Assembly: GCF_030028105.1 (NCBI RefSeq)
Contig: NC_092383.1
Location: 28,659,796-28,723,795, forward strand
DNA length: 64,000 nt
DNA from: Mobula birostris
Lineage: Eukaryota
Direction: 5' to 3'
Part shown: positions 49,502-63,951 of the stretch, piece after piece
Layout of the letters: each line of letters begins with the position of its first letter
How positions within the stretch are numbered: the stretch's first letter is position 1
Notes under the pieces: generated by a model
The model's input: the letters and a program-made list of their open reading frames with translations, nothing else
The model's database searches: none
Told to the model about the DNA's origin: nothing
Program-made: the position numbers and the translations under genes

Positions 49502-50257
49502 CCAGCACATCAGACTTAGCCCAGGGCAGCCTCTTTAACATTCAGCAACACTTGAAACACACCACATCAACGTACCGACAGAACAACTAAAATTATTAAA
49601 AGGAAATACAGCAAATAACAAAAGCAAATATTTTGGATGGGGTCAATGTGTACCCTACATGTAACCCAATGTAGACTTGGTAAAGTTTTCAGTTGCGAAT
49701 CCTATTCAAAATCCCATTGCCATGTCAGATTCAGGAATTTCACTTGAGCAGCCTGGAGGACAGCCACCCTGAGCTTGGTCCACACCTGCACTCGAAACTG
49801 AGACTGGCATTTAGGCTGATTCTGCCTCATTACATTAAGTTCCAGTCCAGTGCCAGATTAGATGTTAATCCATCAAAGTGCCTGTTAAGTTTTGGGAGTA
49901 GATCTTCTGTTGATCAGACATGGCTGGCCACCTGCCGTGGGAGTTGTTGCTTCATCTAGTGTGGCCCCTAACAATGAAGTCTACCAAGAGCCCAGTTACT
50001 GCACATCAAATTGGTCCAGGGAAGCACAGAGCAAGTTGTTAAGCAGTGTTGCTGTCAATATGGCTTTGACAGTCCTGAGGCACACAACACCCACCCAGCC
50101 ACCTCTCCCTCCTTCATCCCACCAGCTGTTAAATGTTACTGATACAAACAAAAATAATGTTAAATAAAATTATTAATGTAAGTCAAATTAGAAAGGAAAA
50201 GGTTTACAAAAAACAGTTGACTTACACTGAAACCTAATTTAATTAAAGAGCTTTAGT

Positions 50258-50698
50258 TAACAACACACACAAATAAGCCAGTAAATATGGATGAGAAGAA
50301 GCAGTCAAAATTTCGGGCCAAGACCCTTTATCAGGACTGGAAAGTAGAGGGACTGAAGCAAGAATAAGAAGGTGGAATGAATGAATGAAGTACAAGCTGG
50401 CAGGTGGTGGGGGAAGGTAGGTGGGTGGGAGAGGGGCTATTAAGTAAGAAGTTGGGAGGTTAGTGGAAGAGGTAAAGGGCTGCAGAAGAAGAAGGAATCT
50501 GATAGGAGAGAGCAGTAGTCTATGGAAGAAAGGAAAGGAGGAGGGAAAACAGAAGGAGGTGATGGGCAGAAAACGAGAACAGAATGGGGAATGGAACAAG
50601 AGATAAAGAGAGGAGGGAGAGAGATTACTGTAAGTTTTAAAAACTGATGTTCATGACTTCAGGTTGGAGGCTAACCAGGTGGAATATAAGTTGTTCCT
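50258..50698 (-). mobile_element. Old PLE 3' fragment with degenerate hammerhead (50302-50339)
   Basis: Homologous to 6235-6700 (GATGTTCATG..TCAGGTTGGAGGCTA.CCAG); minus strand CAGTCCTGATAAAGGGTCTTGGCCCGAAATTTTGACTG. Confidence 0.75.
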
Positions 50699-51785
50699 AC
50701 TCTACTCACCCTGCTCTGTTCTACTCTCTACTTATGACTTGTAAGTTTTGGAAATGAATCACAGGCCCAAGACTGCAGGGGTTCCTCTGGGGCTGAATTT
50801 GCTGCAGATGTTTCATTAATGACTTTCCTTCCCTTATGAGGCCAGAGGTAGTTTGTTTGCTGATGATTACTCAATAGGAGATAAGAGGGCCAAGGATTTT
50901 TAGAAGAATGATACCAGGATTTAAGGGCTTGAGCTACAGTGAGAGGTGAGGCAGTGTAGATGTTTATTCCCCGGAAAGCAGAAAACTAAGGGGACCTTAA
51001 AAACATGAGGGGCATAGTTAGGGTAAATGTTGTTGTTGGGCCCTTGGCTCCCAGTGCAACATAGGCCATCAATGTTTCTGTAATCCATTGTTTCTACTGT
51101 ACAGGGGACAGGCCCATACAACTTCACTAGAGCCCTGTTGACTTATCTATTTCCATCTCTCACAATGGGGATATAGGGTTGGGCTTTGTGAGGTGTAGGG
51201 TGAATATACACAGTCTTTTTACCCAGGGAAAGGGCACCAAAAACTAAAGAGTTAAGATGAGAAGGCAAGGATTTAAAATGTACTGGAGGGGCAACTTCTT
51301 CGTGCAGAGGGTGGTGCATACTGTATATAGAAAAGGCTGCCAGAGAAAACAGTTGAGGCAGGGACAATAATGACATTTGATAAGTGTATGGATAGGAAGG
51401 TTTAGAAGGTTATGGCCCAAAACATGGGCAAGTGGACATGGATAAGTTGTGTTACTCTATGACACTATGACTATATCAGTGACTTCAGTCTGAAACATTA
51501 ATCCCGTTTCTCTTTCCACAGACACTTGTAACTCCTCAGAAAACAAAGAAATCCATGCTTGTATTCAGCAAGACTCAGACAACCTTTACATATGGTCTAG
51601 TAAGTCACAAATGACATCTATAACATGCAAGTGCTATACCAATATTCTCTGCGGTAACAGGATAGCTAGTCATCTATCCTTGAAATTCATCAGCAATATC
51701 ATTACTGTCTTTGAGGACAGGGAGCCACCATTGATTGGGAGTTCACGTGGATTGCCTATTTAAATATTGAATAAGTATTTAATTT

Positions 51786-54700
51786 GGGGGAAGCAACAGT
51801 GGCCGTGCCTCCAGCACAGAGTCCGGCTCTGTAGCTCAGAAGGGTAGGGAAAGGAAGAGGAGGGTAGTAGTAATAGGGGACTCAATAGTTAGGGGGTGAG
51901 ATAGACAATTCTGTGGATGCAGTCCGGAGACCCGGATGGTAGTTTGCCTCCCTGGTGCCAGAGTCCGGGATCTCTCTGATCGTGTCCAAGAGATCCTGAA
52001 GTGGGAGGGTGAGGAGCCAGAGGTCGTGGTACATATAGGTACCAATGACATAGGTAGGAAAAGGGGAGAGGTCCTGAAAGAAGAATATAGGGAGTCAGGA
52101 AGGGAATTGAGAAGAAGGACCGCAAAAGTAGTAATCTTGGAATTACTGCCTGTGCCACGCGACAGTGAGAGTAGGAATGGAATGAGGTGGAGGATAAATG
52201 CGTGGCTGAGGGATTGGAGCAGGGAGTAGGGATTCAAGTTTTTGGATCATTGGGACCTCTTTTGGTGCAGGCCTGACCTGTACAAAAAGGACGGGTTACA
52301 CCTGAATCCTAGAGGGACCAATATCCTCGCAGGGAGATTTGCGAGGGCTACTGAGGTGACTTTAAACTAGAATGGTTGGGGGGTGGGAATCAAATTAAAG
52401 AGACTAGGAGAGAGGAGGTTAGATCACAAATAGAGAATGCTAGTAGACAGTGTGTGAGGGAGGATAGGCAGGGGAAAGAGATCAGGAACACTCAGACCAA
52501 AGATGTAGGAGACAAGGAAAAAAAAGATAACAAAGTTGTTTGCTCCATTAAGGATAAACAGAAAGTAGGAGGTGGAAGGTTTCTTAAATGCATCTATTTT
52601 AATGCTAGGAGCATTGTAAGAAAGGTGGATGAGCTTAGAGCATGGATTGATATCTGGAAATATGATGTTGTAGCTATTAGTGAAACATGGTTGCAGGAGA
52701 GGTGTGATTGGCAACTAAATATTCCAGGATTTTGTTGCTTCAGATGTGATAGAACAGGAGGGGCAAGAGGGGAAGGTGTTGCATTGCTTGTCAGAGGAAA
52801 TATAACAGCGGTGCTCTGGCAGGATAGATTAGAGGACTCATCTAGGGAGGCTATTTGGGTGGAATTGAGGAACAGGAAAGACGTTCTGATGCTTATAGGG
52901 GTGTATTATAGACCACCTAATGGGGACCAAGAACTGGAGGAGCAAATTTGTAAGGAGATAGCAGATATTTGTAGTAAGCACAAGTTTGTGATTGTGGGAG
53001 ACTTTATTTTTCCACACATAGACTGGGAAGCCTATTCTGTAAAAGGGCTGGATGGTTTGGAGTTTGTCAAGTGTGTGCAAGATAGTTTTTTGCAGCAATA
53101 CATAGAAGTACCAACTAGAGAAGGGGCAGTGTTGGATCTCCTGTTAGGGAATGAGATAGGGCAGGTGACAGAGGTATGTGTTGGGGAGCACTTCGGGTCC
53201 AGTGATCACAATACCATTAGTTTCAATATAATTATGGAGAAAGATAGGAGTGGACCTAGGGTTGAGATTTTTGATTGGAGAAAGGTTAACTTTGAGTAGA
53301 TGCGAAAGGATTTAGGAGGAGTGGATTGGGACAATTTGTTTTATGGGAAAGATGCAATAGAGAAATGGAGGTCATTTAAAGGTGAAATTTTGAGGGTACA
53401 GGATCTTTATGTTCCTGTTAGGTTGAAAGGGAAGGTTAAAAGTTTGAGAGAGCCATGGTTTCAAGGGATATTGGAAACTTGGTTTGGAAAAAGAGAGGGA
53501 TCTTCAATAAATATAGGCAGCTTGGAGATAATGAGGTGCTCAAGGAATATAAAGAATGTAAAAAGAATCTCGAGAAAGAAATTAGAAAAACTAAAAGAAG
53601 GTATGAGGCTGCTTTGGCAAGTGAGGTGAAAATAAATCCTAAGGGTTTCTACAGTTATGTTAATAGCAAAAGGATAGTGAGGGATAAAATTCGTCCCTTA
53701 GAGAATCAGAGCGGACAGTTATGTGCGGAGCCAAAAGAGATGGGGGAGATTTTGAACAATTTCTTTTCTTCGGTATTCACTAAGGAGAAGGATATTGAAT
53801 TGTGTAAAGTAAAGGAAACTAGAAGGGTAGTTATGGAAAGTATGATGATTAAAGACGAGGAAGTACTGGTGCTTTTAAGGAATATAAAAGTGGATAAGTC
53901 TCTGGGTCCGGACAAGATATTCCCTAGGATCTTGAGGAAAGTTAGTGTGGAAATAGCAGGGGCTCTGACAGAAATATTTCAAATGTCATTAGAAACGGGG
54001 AAGGTGCCGGAGGATTGGCGTATTGCTCATGTGGTTCCATTGTTTAAAAAGTGTTCTAAGAGTAAACGTAGCAATTATTGGCCTGTGAGTTTGACGTCAG
54101 TGGTGGGTAAATTGGTGGAAAGCATTCTTAGAGATGGTATATATAATTATCTGGATAGACAGGGTCTGATTAGGAACAGTCAACATGGATTTGTGCGTGG
54201 AAGGTCATGTTTGACAAATCTTATTGAATTTTTTGATGAGGTTACTAAGAAAGTTGATGAGGGGAAAGCCATGGATGTTGGCTGTATGGATTTCAGTAAG
54301 GCCTTTGACAAGGTTTTACATAGAAGGTTAGTTGGGAAGGTTCAATTGTTAGGCAGTAATATCGAAGTAGTAAAATGGATTCAGCAGTGGCTAGATGGGA
54401 GAAGCCAGAGGGTAGCGGTGGATAACTGTGTGTCAGGTTGGAGGACGGTGTGTAGCGGTATGCCACAGGGATCTGTACAGGGTCCAATATTGTTTGTCAT
54501 ATACATTAATAGTCTGGATGATGGGGCGGTAAATTGAATTAGTAAGTATGCAGGTGATATTAAGATAGGTGGCGTTGTGGATAATGAAGTAGGTTTTCAA
54601 AGCTTGCAGAGAGATTTAGGCCAGTTAGAAGAGTGGCCTGAAAGATGGCAGATGGAGTTTAATGCTGAAAAATGTGAGGTGCTACATTTTGGTAGGACTA

Positions 54701-55475
54701 ATCAAAATAGGACATACATGGTAAATGGTAGGGCTTTGAAGAATGCTGTAGAACAGACGGATCTAGGAATAATGGTGCATAGTTCCCTGAAGGTGGAATC
54801 TCATGTGGATAGGTGGTGAAGAAAGCTTTTGGTATGCTGGCCTTTATAAGTCAGAGCATTGAGTATAGGAGTTGGGATGTAATGTTGAAATTGTATAAGG
54901 CATTGGTAAGGCCAAATTTGGAGTATTGTGTACAGTTCTGGTCACTGAATTATAGGAAAGATGTCAATAAAATTGAGAGAGTACAGAGGAGGTTTACTAA
55001 AATGTTACCTGGGTTTCATCCCCTAAGTTACGGAGAAAGGTTGAACAAGTTAGGTCTTTATTCTTTGGAGCATAGAAGGTTGAGGGGAGACTTGATAGAG
55101 GTGCTTAAAATTGTGAGGGGGATTGATAGAGTTGACGTGGATAGGCTTTTTCCATTGAGAATGGGGGAGATTCAAACAAGAGGACATGAATTGAGAGTTA
55201 AAGAGCAAAAGTTTAGGGGTAACATGAGGGGGAACTTCTTTACTCAGAGAGTGGTAGCTGTGTGGAACGAGCTTCCGGCAGAAGTTCAGGCAGGTTCGAT
55301 GTTGTCGTCTAAAGTTAAATTGGATAGCTGTATGGACAGGAAAGGAATGGAGGGTTATGGGCTGAGTGCAGGTCGGTGGGACTAGGTGAGAGTAAGAGTT
55401 CAGCACGGACTAGAAGGGCCAAGATGGCCTGTTTCCGTGTTGTAATTGTTATATAGTTATATGGTTATATGGTTA
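51786..55475 (+). mobile_element. Near full-length CR1 (ORF1 esterase, APE, RT, 3' UTR), inserted in an older LINE remnant (~51535-51770 / 55476-56060)
   Basis: ORFs 51936-52229 (VVHIGTND), 52376-53299 (APE), 53455-54537 and 54813-55385 (RT); (TTATATGG)n tail; several stops and frameshifts. Confidence 0.95.
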
Positions 55476-57632
55476 AGTCAGAGGCTGGGTATACTACAGC
55501 AGGTGACACACCTCCTCATCCCAATATCCTTGATATAAAAACTGAAGGCAATGTAGTGGAATATTCACCACTTGTTTGGATGATGCGCCGCTCCAACAAC
55601 TCTCAAACAGATGAGTACCATGCAGGATAAAGCTGTCCACTTGGCTGGTTCCCAGTCATCACGCTTAACATTTATGCCTCTGCCTCCAGCTCCTCATGGT
55701 TGTAGAGAGCAGCATCAACAAAATGAATTGCAAGGTTAGTTCAATTAAAGCTGTAACTTCTGCCACACAGAACAAGGGCAAAAAGAGCATGTTGCTTCAT
55801 CTCATTTCAAGTTGCTGCATTTCCTGACCAAGCCACTACTCATTCTGTCGTTGAAATATTATCACTGTTCCTTTACAGTCATTGGGACAAAAAGCTAAAA
55901 CTCCCCTCAGAAGAGCGGAACAGGAGAACCTTCCCTCAAACATTCACAGTGATTCACGAGGTGTCTCAACACCATTAACTTCTCAATTTCAATTACAGAT
56001 TGGCAAATGCTGGCTTTGCTAGCAATGTTCACATCTTGGAAAGTAATTTGAAAATGTATCCTGTTCAAAGATTGTTTCTTTCTTATCAATCCATTTTTTT
56101 CTCATTCCTGTTCACTGTACGCTGGTTCGATAGAAAACGAAATGGACCGGTGTTTTATTGTGTAACAAGAGAATTTGTAGGCTGTGTGTTACAAATTCAG
56201 TGGCCAGCTTGTGATGTATAAAAATCTATACAAGCTGTTACATAGATCACACTGTGTCACGTTCCCTGGAGAATTTTTTTTTGTAATGATCAGCACAGAA
56301 AACATGCCTACCCTAGAGGAACAAAGTATGTCATTTAATGAAAAGCTGTCTGTTAATAATGGAGTTCTGTTGGATTGAAACAGAATCCAGCCTTGGGAAA
56401 AGATGGTGGCACTTGTGTCTTAAGTTAAGTGTTTTTGTCCTGCTATCTCTATTTGTCTGAGAAAGGGCAGTTAAAATAAACTCAATACTTTTAATCTAGC
56501 AATGCTTTCTGTTGTGCTTTGTCTCTCCAAGGTTCCATTTAGAAAATGATGAATTGAAAACTTAGAACACTGAGACCTCTCTTGTATTCAAGCAAAGTCA
56601 TCTATAGTGTATATAAGACTAATGTTTTGAATACCGAAACCAGTACCTGTTTCACATCTTTATTTCAAAGAGAAGTGTTCTAGCACACATCATGGCATTA
56701 GTTAGATATGCAAGGAATAATTGTTTTTATTTCCAGGGATTTACAGAAATAAAGCATAGGCATACAGTCCAAATCATTTAAAATTCTTCAGCGCTCACAA
56801 TTTGGTAGCAATTCTGTTTAGTGTCTACAATAAATTCAAATACCAGCTAATTTTCTTCTTGTGAACAATATAACAATTATAATACACACAGTATTTCATA
56901 CCATCAGGATATTCAAAACTGCAGTCAGCACATTTGAAAACTTGTTATAATACAGGAAATACAGAAGCCAATATGTTCATAGTAAGATCCTAATAAGCAA
57001 AATGAACTAAAATTACGAAGTATTAAGTGCTACTGAAAGGTGGTGAATATTTGGAGTTCTCTACCTCAAAGGAGTGGGGGACGCAATCCTTAATTGTATT
57101 CAAGGTAGAACATGAGAAATAGGGGCAGGAATAGACTACTGAGTGTCACCCCTCCCCACCCAATGCAAGCCTAACCTGTTGTTAACTAAGATTATGGCTA
57201 ATCATTAACAGTGACACCATTGTCCATCACTATCTCCATGTTCCTTGATTTTCCCACACATCCTGAGATCTGTTATGAATGAACAGATTGACTAAGTCTC
57301 CGTAGCCCCAAGAGGATAAGGAATTCCAAAGGTTCATCAACTCTTGAGGAAAGAAAATTCTTCTCATGTCAGTCCTAAATAGCTCAATCCCATTTGGAAA
57401 CTTGCTATCAAAAAGAGATGGATATTTGAAAAGTAAGCGGATTAAAAGATATGAGATCAGTGCAGGAAAATAGTGCTGAAAGTAAACATTGACTACAATC
57501 TTAGTACTAGGAGACAAATGGCATGCTCTTGTTTCTGTTTGTCGCATTGTTAGTTAAGAAACCAAAGTGGAATATGTACTGTATGAATGATTTTTTTTAG
57601 CTGGAAGACATAAATGTTGTAATGGGACAAGC

Positions 57633-57872
57633 TGTTATCTTTTGTAACTCCAGAAATTAATTCAAAGACAAACATGGGAGCTGGAATAAAGTGTCCATTT
57701 AGTTTCTCTTTAATGAGGTACTCACATATGATATGGTGGCATGATGAAGTATGCCATTTATGTAGTTCGTACAGGTACAGGTAATGTATTATGTAAACAA
57801 ACAAAGAATGCTTAATCAAACAATATATTTACAATATTACTCAAATATTACTGAAATATTAAATACACTGCA
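57633..57872 (-). repeat. Solo LTR of the Mag-like Gypsy family
   Basis: Reverse complement homologous to 17327-17565; perfect 5-bp TSD CAAGC (57628-57632 / 57873-57877). Confidence 0.9.
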
Positions 57873-58618
57873 CAAGCTGTCAATTAAATAGCAAAGTTAT
57901 TGAATAAATTTCATTATGGCTCTGTTCCATTCTCATTACAGTGAATCTACATTAATATGGCAAACAATATTTTGGATGTGGCTGACTGGCAGATTTTCCA
58001 GATTATTGGATTTTTTTTTGTTAATAATACCACAATACAATTCCAAGACGTTACATGTTAGTATAAGAATTTTTTCTGATGAAGCTGGTAGTTTTAAAGA
58101 GAATATGGGAAATGGGCCCCCAGAGAGCTTGTATGGACCACAGGAAGCAGAATGCAGTAAGTTCAAGGGAGCATGAGAAACAGGGCCTGTGTACTTAAAG
58201 AGGTTGCAGGAAATGTAACTAAAATGAGTTTAAAAGAAGTGTGCAAAACGGAATCCTGGTGAGCTTGAAGGAAGCACAGGAAACAGGGCTGTGTGAGTTT
58301 AAAGGCAGTGAAGGACAAGGAGTCCCAGTGAATTTCACATGGTCCTGGTTTGTTTGAAGAGAGTGCTGGAAAGATCACCTGGTAAGATCACCATTGAAAA
58401 TCCTAGAAACATCATTCCAGGGCAGGAGCCATATGAAAAGAACAAATCTCTTCAGGAGTACGTCAAAATTTGAAGTAGTGAGTGAGAAAGAGAGACATTG
58501 TTGCAGAGTAGAAACCACTTGAAAAGAACAAGTCTCATTAGGTGTGAGAAATAATTTGAAGTGGCAAGTGAGAGAAAGACATTAGGGTGGGAGCCTTTAG
58601 AAAAGAAGTTTCATCAAG

Positions 58619-59481
58619 AATTCAAAGTTCAAACTAAAGTTACTAGCGAAGTACATATTTGCCAACATATACAACTCAGAGATTCATTTTCTTCCAGGCA
58701 TACTCAAAAAATTCATAATAGAATAATAACCATGATAGAATCAATGACAGACTGCTCCAGCTAGAGTCTTCAACCAATGTGCAAAAGACGGCACATTACG
58801 CAAATACAAAAAGAAAGAAATAATAATAATAATAAATAAATATGCAATAAATATTGAGAACACGAGATAAAGAGTCCTTGAAAGTGAATCCACAAGTTGT
58901 GGGAACATGAGGCAAGTGAAGTAAAGTGAAGTTATCCTTTTTGGTTCAAGAGCCTGATGGTTGAACAGTAATAACTGTTCCTGAACCTGCTGGTGTGAAT
59001 ACTAAGGCTCCTGTACCTTTATCCTGAAGGCAGCAGTGAGAAGAAAGACCATGGCCTGGATGATGGATACTGCTTTCCTGCAACAGTGCTCTATGTTCTA
59101 GGCCCAGGACTGGTCCTCTGAAATGATAACACCGAGGAATTTGAAGTTGCTGTCCCTTTCCACCTCTGATCCTCAGATGAGGACTGGTTCATAGACCTCT
59201 GGTTTCCTCCTTTTGCAGTAAAGAATCAATTCCTTGTTCTTGCTGGCAATAAGTAAGAGGTTTTAGTTATGACACCACTCAACCAGATTTTCAACCTCTC
59301 TTGTATATGCTGATTCATCACCACCTTTGATTCAGCCTATGGCAGTGAATATCCACAAACTTGAATATGGCATTGGAGATGTGCTTAGCCACACAGTGAT
59401 AAGTGAGTAGAACAAGGGATTAATCACACAGCCTGCAAGTTAGGAAATTGAGGAATCAATTGCACAAGGAGGTATTGAGGC
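58619..59481 (-). mobile_element. Rex1/Babar-type LINE 3' portion with RT remnants
   Basis: (TTCAAAG)n tail and 3' UTR shared with the 14.95 and 16.36 kb copies, followed by degenerate RT-like sequence. Confidence 0.65.
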
Positions 59482-59899
59482 ATTCATCCACAAACCATCT
59501 TATTCTTACCCTCAATGACGCGTGGCACAGGCAGCAATCCAGAGATTACTACCCTGGAGATCCTGCTTTTCAGCATTCTACCTCACTCCCTATATTCTCT
59601 CTTCAGGATCTCCTCCTTTTTCCTACCTATGTTGAAGGTACCAATATTTACCATGACTTCAGGCTGCTCTCCCTCCCCATTTAGAATGCTGTGAACCCGA
59701 TGCACAACATCCCTGAACCTGGCACCTGGAAGGCAACATACCATCCAGGTGTCTCCTTCTTGAGTAGGTGTTTCATAATAAACCAGATTTAATTAGGGAG
59801 CTAAATGTAAAGGCACACTTAGGAGACAGAGATTATAATATGATGGAATTCACATTGCAGTTTGAGAAGGTTAAGATAAATTCAGATTTATCAGTACCT

Positions 59900-62800
59900 G
59901 AACCCAAAGGGGTCCAATATCCTAGCAGGCAGGTTTAATAGAGCCGTTAGGGAGGGTTTAAACTAATTTGGCAGGGGGATGGGAACCGGAGTGATAGGGC
60001 TGCAGAAACGTGCAACAAAGATGATAGAAGGGACAGGTAGGAGATGAGGTATAATCACAGCCAGTGGGATGAGTTAAAGGGCAATAGAGGCATACTGCAG
60101 TTAAAACAGAAAGCAACAAGTACTGGACTGAAAGTGTTGTATTTGAATGCACGCAGCCTAAGAAATAAAATGGACGATCTTGAAATTCAGCTATAGATTG
60201 GCAGGTATGATGTTGTGGCCATCTCTGAAACTTGGCTAAAGGATGGCTGCCATTGGGAGCTGAACGTTCAAGGATATACAGTGTATCAGGAAGATAGGTT
60301 AGTAGGCAGAGGGGGTAGTGTGGCCCTGTGTATAAGAAATAATATTAAATCATGAGAAAGGGATAACATAGGATTGCAAGGTGTCTCCATGGGTTGAGTT
60401 AAGAAATGGCAAGGGTAAAAGGACTCTAATGGCAGTCGTATACAGGCCTCCAAACAGCAGCCGGGATGTGGGTTACAAATTACAGCAGGAGATAGAAAAG
60501 GCGTGACAGAAGGGCAATGTCGTGATAATCATTAGAAATTTTAACATGAAAGGAGATTGGGAAAACCAGGCCAGTACTGGACCTCAAGAGAGAGGATTTG
60601 TAGAATGTCGAAGGGATGGCTTTTTAAAACAGCTTGTTGTTGAGTCCACTAGGGGATCTGTGCTGGATTGGGTGTTCAGCAATGATTTGCAGGTGATAAT
60701 AGAGCTTAAGGTTAAGGAGCCATTAGGGAACAGTGATCACAATATGATCGCGTTCACTTTGAAATTTGAGAAGGAGAAACTAAATTCCAATGTGCTGGTA
60801 TTTCAGTGGAATAAAGGAAATTACAACGGCATGAGAGGGGAACTGGCCAAGGTTGACTGGAAAGGCACACTAGCAGGAAGGACAGCAGAGCAACAATGGC
60901 TGGAACTTCTGCAAAAAATGAGGGAAGTGCAAGACAAATATGTTCCAAATAAGAAGAAATTTCTGAATGGAAGAAGAACACTACTGTGGCTGACAAGTGA
61001 AGTCAGAGCCAAAGTAAAAGCAAGAGAGAGTGCATACAAGGAATCCAAAGCTAGTGGGAAGACAGAGGTTTGGGAAGCTTTTAAAAACTTGCAGAAGGAA
61101 ACCAAGAAGGTCATTAGGAAGGAAAAGATGAATTATGAAAAGAAGCTGGTGACTAGTATCAAAGAAGATACTAGAAGTTTTTTTAAGTATATAAAGGGTA
61201 AAAGAGAGTGAGGGCAGATATATAACCAATAAAAATGATGCTGGAGATATTGTAATAAGAGATGCAGAGATGGCAGAGGAACTGAATTTGTATTTTGCAT
61301 CAGTCTTCACAGTGGCAGACACCTGCAGTATACCAGACATTCAAGAGTGTCAGGGAAGTGAAGTATGTGCAGTGAAAATTATGACTGAGAAGGTGCTCAA
61401 GAAACTTAATGGTCTGAGAGTGGATAAATCTCCTGGACCTGATGGAATGTACCTCGGGTTCTGAAGGAAGTAGCTGGAGAGATTGCAGAGGCATTAACAA
61501 TGATCTTTCAAGAATCGATAGATTCTGGCATTGTACCAGATGACTGGAAAATTGCAAATGTTACTCCAGTATTTAAGAATGGTGGGAGGCAGTAGAAAGG
61601 AAACTATAAACCTGTTAGCCTGATATCAGTAGTTGGGAAGTTGTTGGAATCAATTGTTAGGGCTGAGATTACGGAGTACCTGGAGGCACATGACAAGATA
61701 GGCCAAAGCCAGCATGGTTTCCTGAAACGAAAATCCAGCTCGACTAACCTAATGCAGTTTTTTGAGGAAATTACAAGCAGAGTAGACAAAGGAGATGCAG
61801 TAGATATGGTGTATTTGGATTTTCAAAAGGCCTTTGGCAAGGTGCCGCACATGAGGCTGCTTAGCAAGATAAGAGCCCATGGAATTACAGGGGAGTTACT
61901 AACATGGGTGGAGCATTGGTTGATTGGCAGGAAACAGAGAGTAGGAATAAAGGGATCCTATTCTGGCTGGCTGCCGGTTACCAGTGGAGTTCCACAGGGT
62001 CAGTGTTGGGACTGCTGCTTTTTACGATGTATGTCAATGACTTGGACTATGGGATTAATGGATTTGTGGCTAAATTTGCCGATGATACAAAGATAGGTGG
62101 TGGAGTGGGTAGTGTTGAGGAAACAGAGAGCCTGCAGAGAGACTTCGATAGTTTAGGGGAATGAGCAAAGAAGTGGCAAATGAAATACAATGTTGGAAAT
62201 TGTCTGGTCATGTACTTTGGTGGAAGAAATAAACCGGTAGAATATTATTCAGATGGGGTGAGAATTCAAAATGCAGAGATGCAAAGGGATTTGGGAGTCC
62301 TTGTGCAGGATACTCTAAAGGTTAACCTCCAGATTGAGTTGGTGGTGAAGAAGGCAAATGCAATGTTGGCATTCATTTCTAGAGGAGTAGAATATAAGAG
62401 CAGGGATGTGATGTTGAGACTCTATAAGGCACTTGTGAGACCACACTTGGAGTATTGTGTGCAGTTTTGGGCTCCTTATTTTACATAGATCATAGAACAT
62501 AGAATAGTACAGCACAGTACAGGGCCTTCGGCCCATAATGTTGTGCTGACCCTCAAACCCTGCCTTCCATATAAGCCCCCACCTTAGATTCCTCCATATA
62601 CCTGTCTAGTAGTCTCTTAAACTTCACTAGTGTATCTGCCTCCACCACTGACTCAGGCAGTGCATTCCATGCACCGACCACTCTCTGAGTAAAAAACCTT
62701 CCTCTAATATCCCCCTTGAACTTCCCACCCCTTACATTAAAGCCATGTCCTCTTGTATTGAGCAGTGGTGTCCTGGGGAAGAGGCGCTGGCTATCCACTC

Positions 62801-63951
62801 TATCTATTCCTCTTATTATCTTGTACACTTCTATCATGTCTCCTCTCATCCTCCTTCTCTCCAAAGAGTAAAGCCCTAGCTCCCTTAATCTCTGATCATA
62901 ATGCATACTTTCTAAACCTGGCAGCATCCTGGTAAATCTCCTTTGTACCCTTTCCAATGCTTCCACATCCTTCCTATAGTAAGGTGACCAGAACTGGACA
63001 CAATACTCCAAGTGTGGCCTAACCAGAGTTTTATAGAGCTGCATCATTACATCACGACTCTTAAACTCTACCCCTCGACTTATGAAAGCTAACACCCCAT
63101 AAGCTTTCTTAACTACCCTATCCACCTGTGAGGCAAATTTCAGGGATCTGTGGACATGTGTCCCGAGATCCCTCTGCTCCTCCACACTACCAAGTATCCT
63201 GCCATTTACTCCGTACTCTGCCTTGGAGTTTGTCCTTCAAAAGTGTACAACCTCACACTTCTCCGTGTTGAACTCCATCTGCCACTTCTCAGCCCACTTC
63301 TGCATCCTATCAATGTCTCTCTGCAATCTTTGACAATCCTCTACACTATCTACAACACCACCAACCTTTGTGTCATCTGCAAACTTGCCAACCCACCCTT
63401 CTACCCCCACATCCAGGTCGTTAATAAAAAGGATATACTGACATTGGAGAGGGTTCAGAGAAGATTCACGAGAATGATTCCAGGAATGAAAGGGTTGCCA
63501 TACGAGAAAGGTCTGGCTGCTCTTGGGCTGTATTCCCTGGTGTTCAGGAGAATGAGGGGTGATCTCATAGAAACATTCCAAATGTTAAAAGGCCTGAACA
63601 GATTAGATACGGCAAAGTTATTTCCCATGGTAGGGGAGTCTAGGACAAGAGGGCACAACTTCAGGATTGAAGGACGTCCATTTAGAACAGAGATGCAGAG
63701 AAATTACTTTAGTCAGAGGGTGATAAATCTGTGGAATTTCTTGCCATGAGGGGCTGTGAAGGCCAAGTCATTGGGTGCATTTAAGGCAGAGATAGATAGG
63801 TTCTTGATTAGCCAGGGCATCAAAGGGTATGGCAAGAAGGTAGGGGATTGGAGATGACTGGAAGAATTGGATCAGCCCATGAGTTAATGGTCAAGCAGAC
63901 TTGATGGGCCAAATGGCCTACTTCTGCTCCTATATCTTATGGTCTTATGAT
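59900..63951 (+). mobile_element. Degenerate CR1 (ORF1 end, APE, RT, 3' UTR) split by an antisense CR1
   Basis: APE (LGNSDHN), RT (YLDFQKAF, KFADDTK, RPHLEYCVQFW) to ~62483; resumes KDILTLERVQRRF at ~63428; (TCTTATGG)n tail. Confidence 0.92.
62484..63427 (-). mobile_element. 5'-truncated CR1 nested antisense in CR1
   Basis: (CATAGAA)n tail at left; ORF 62553-63185(-) plus FINDLD..KFADDTKVGG upstream. Confidence 0.92.
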
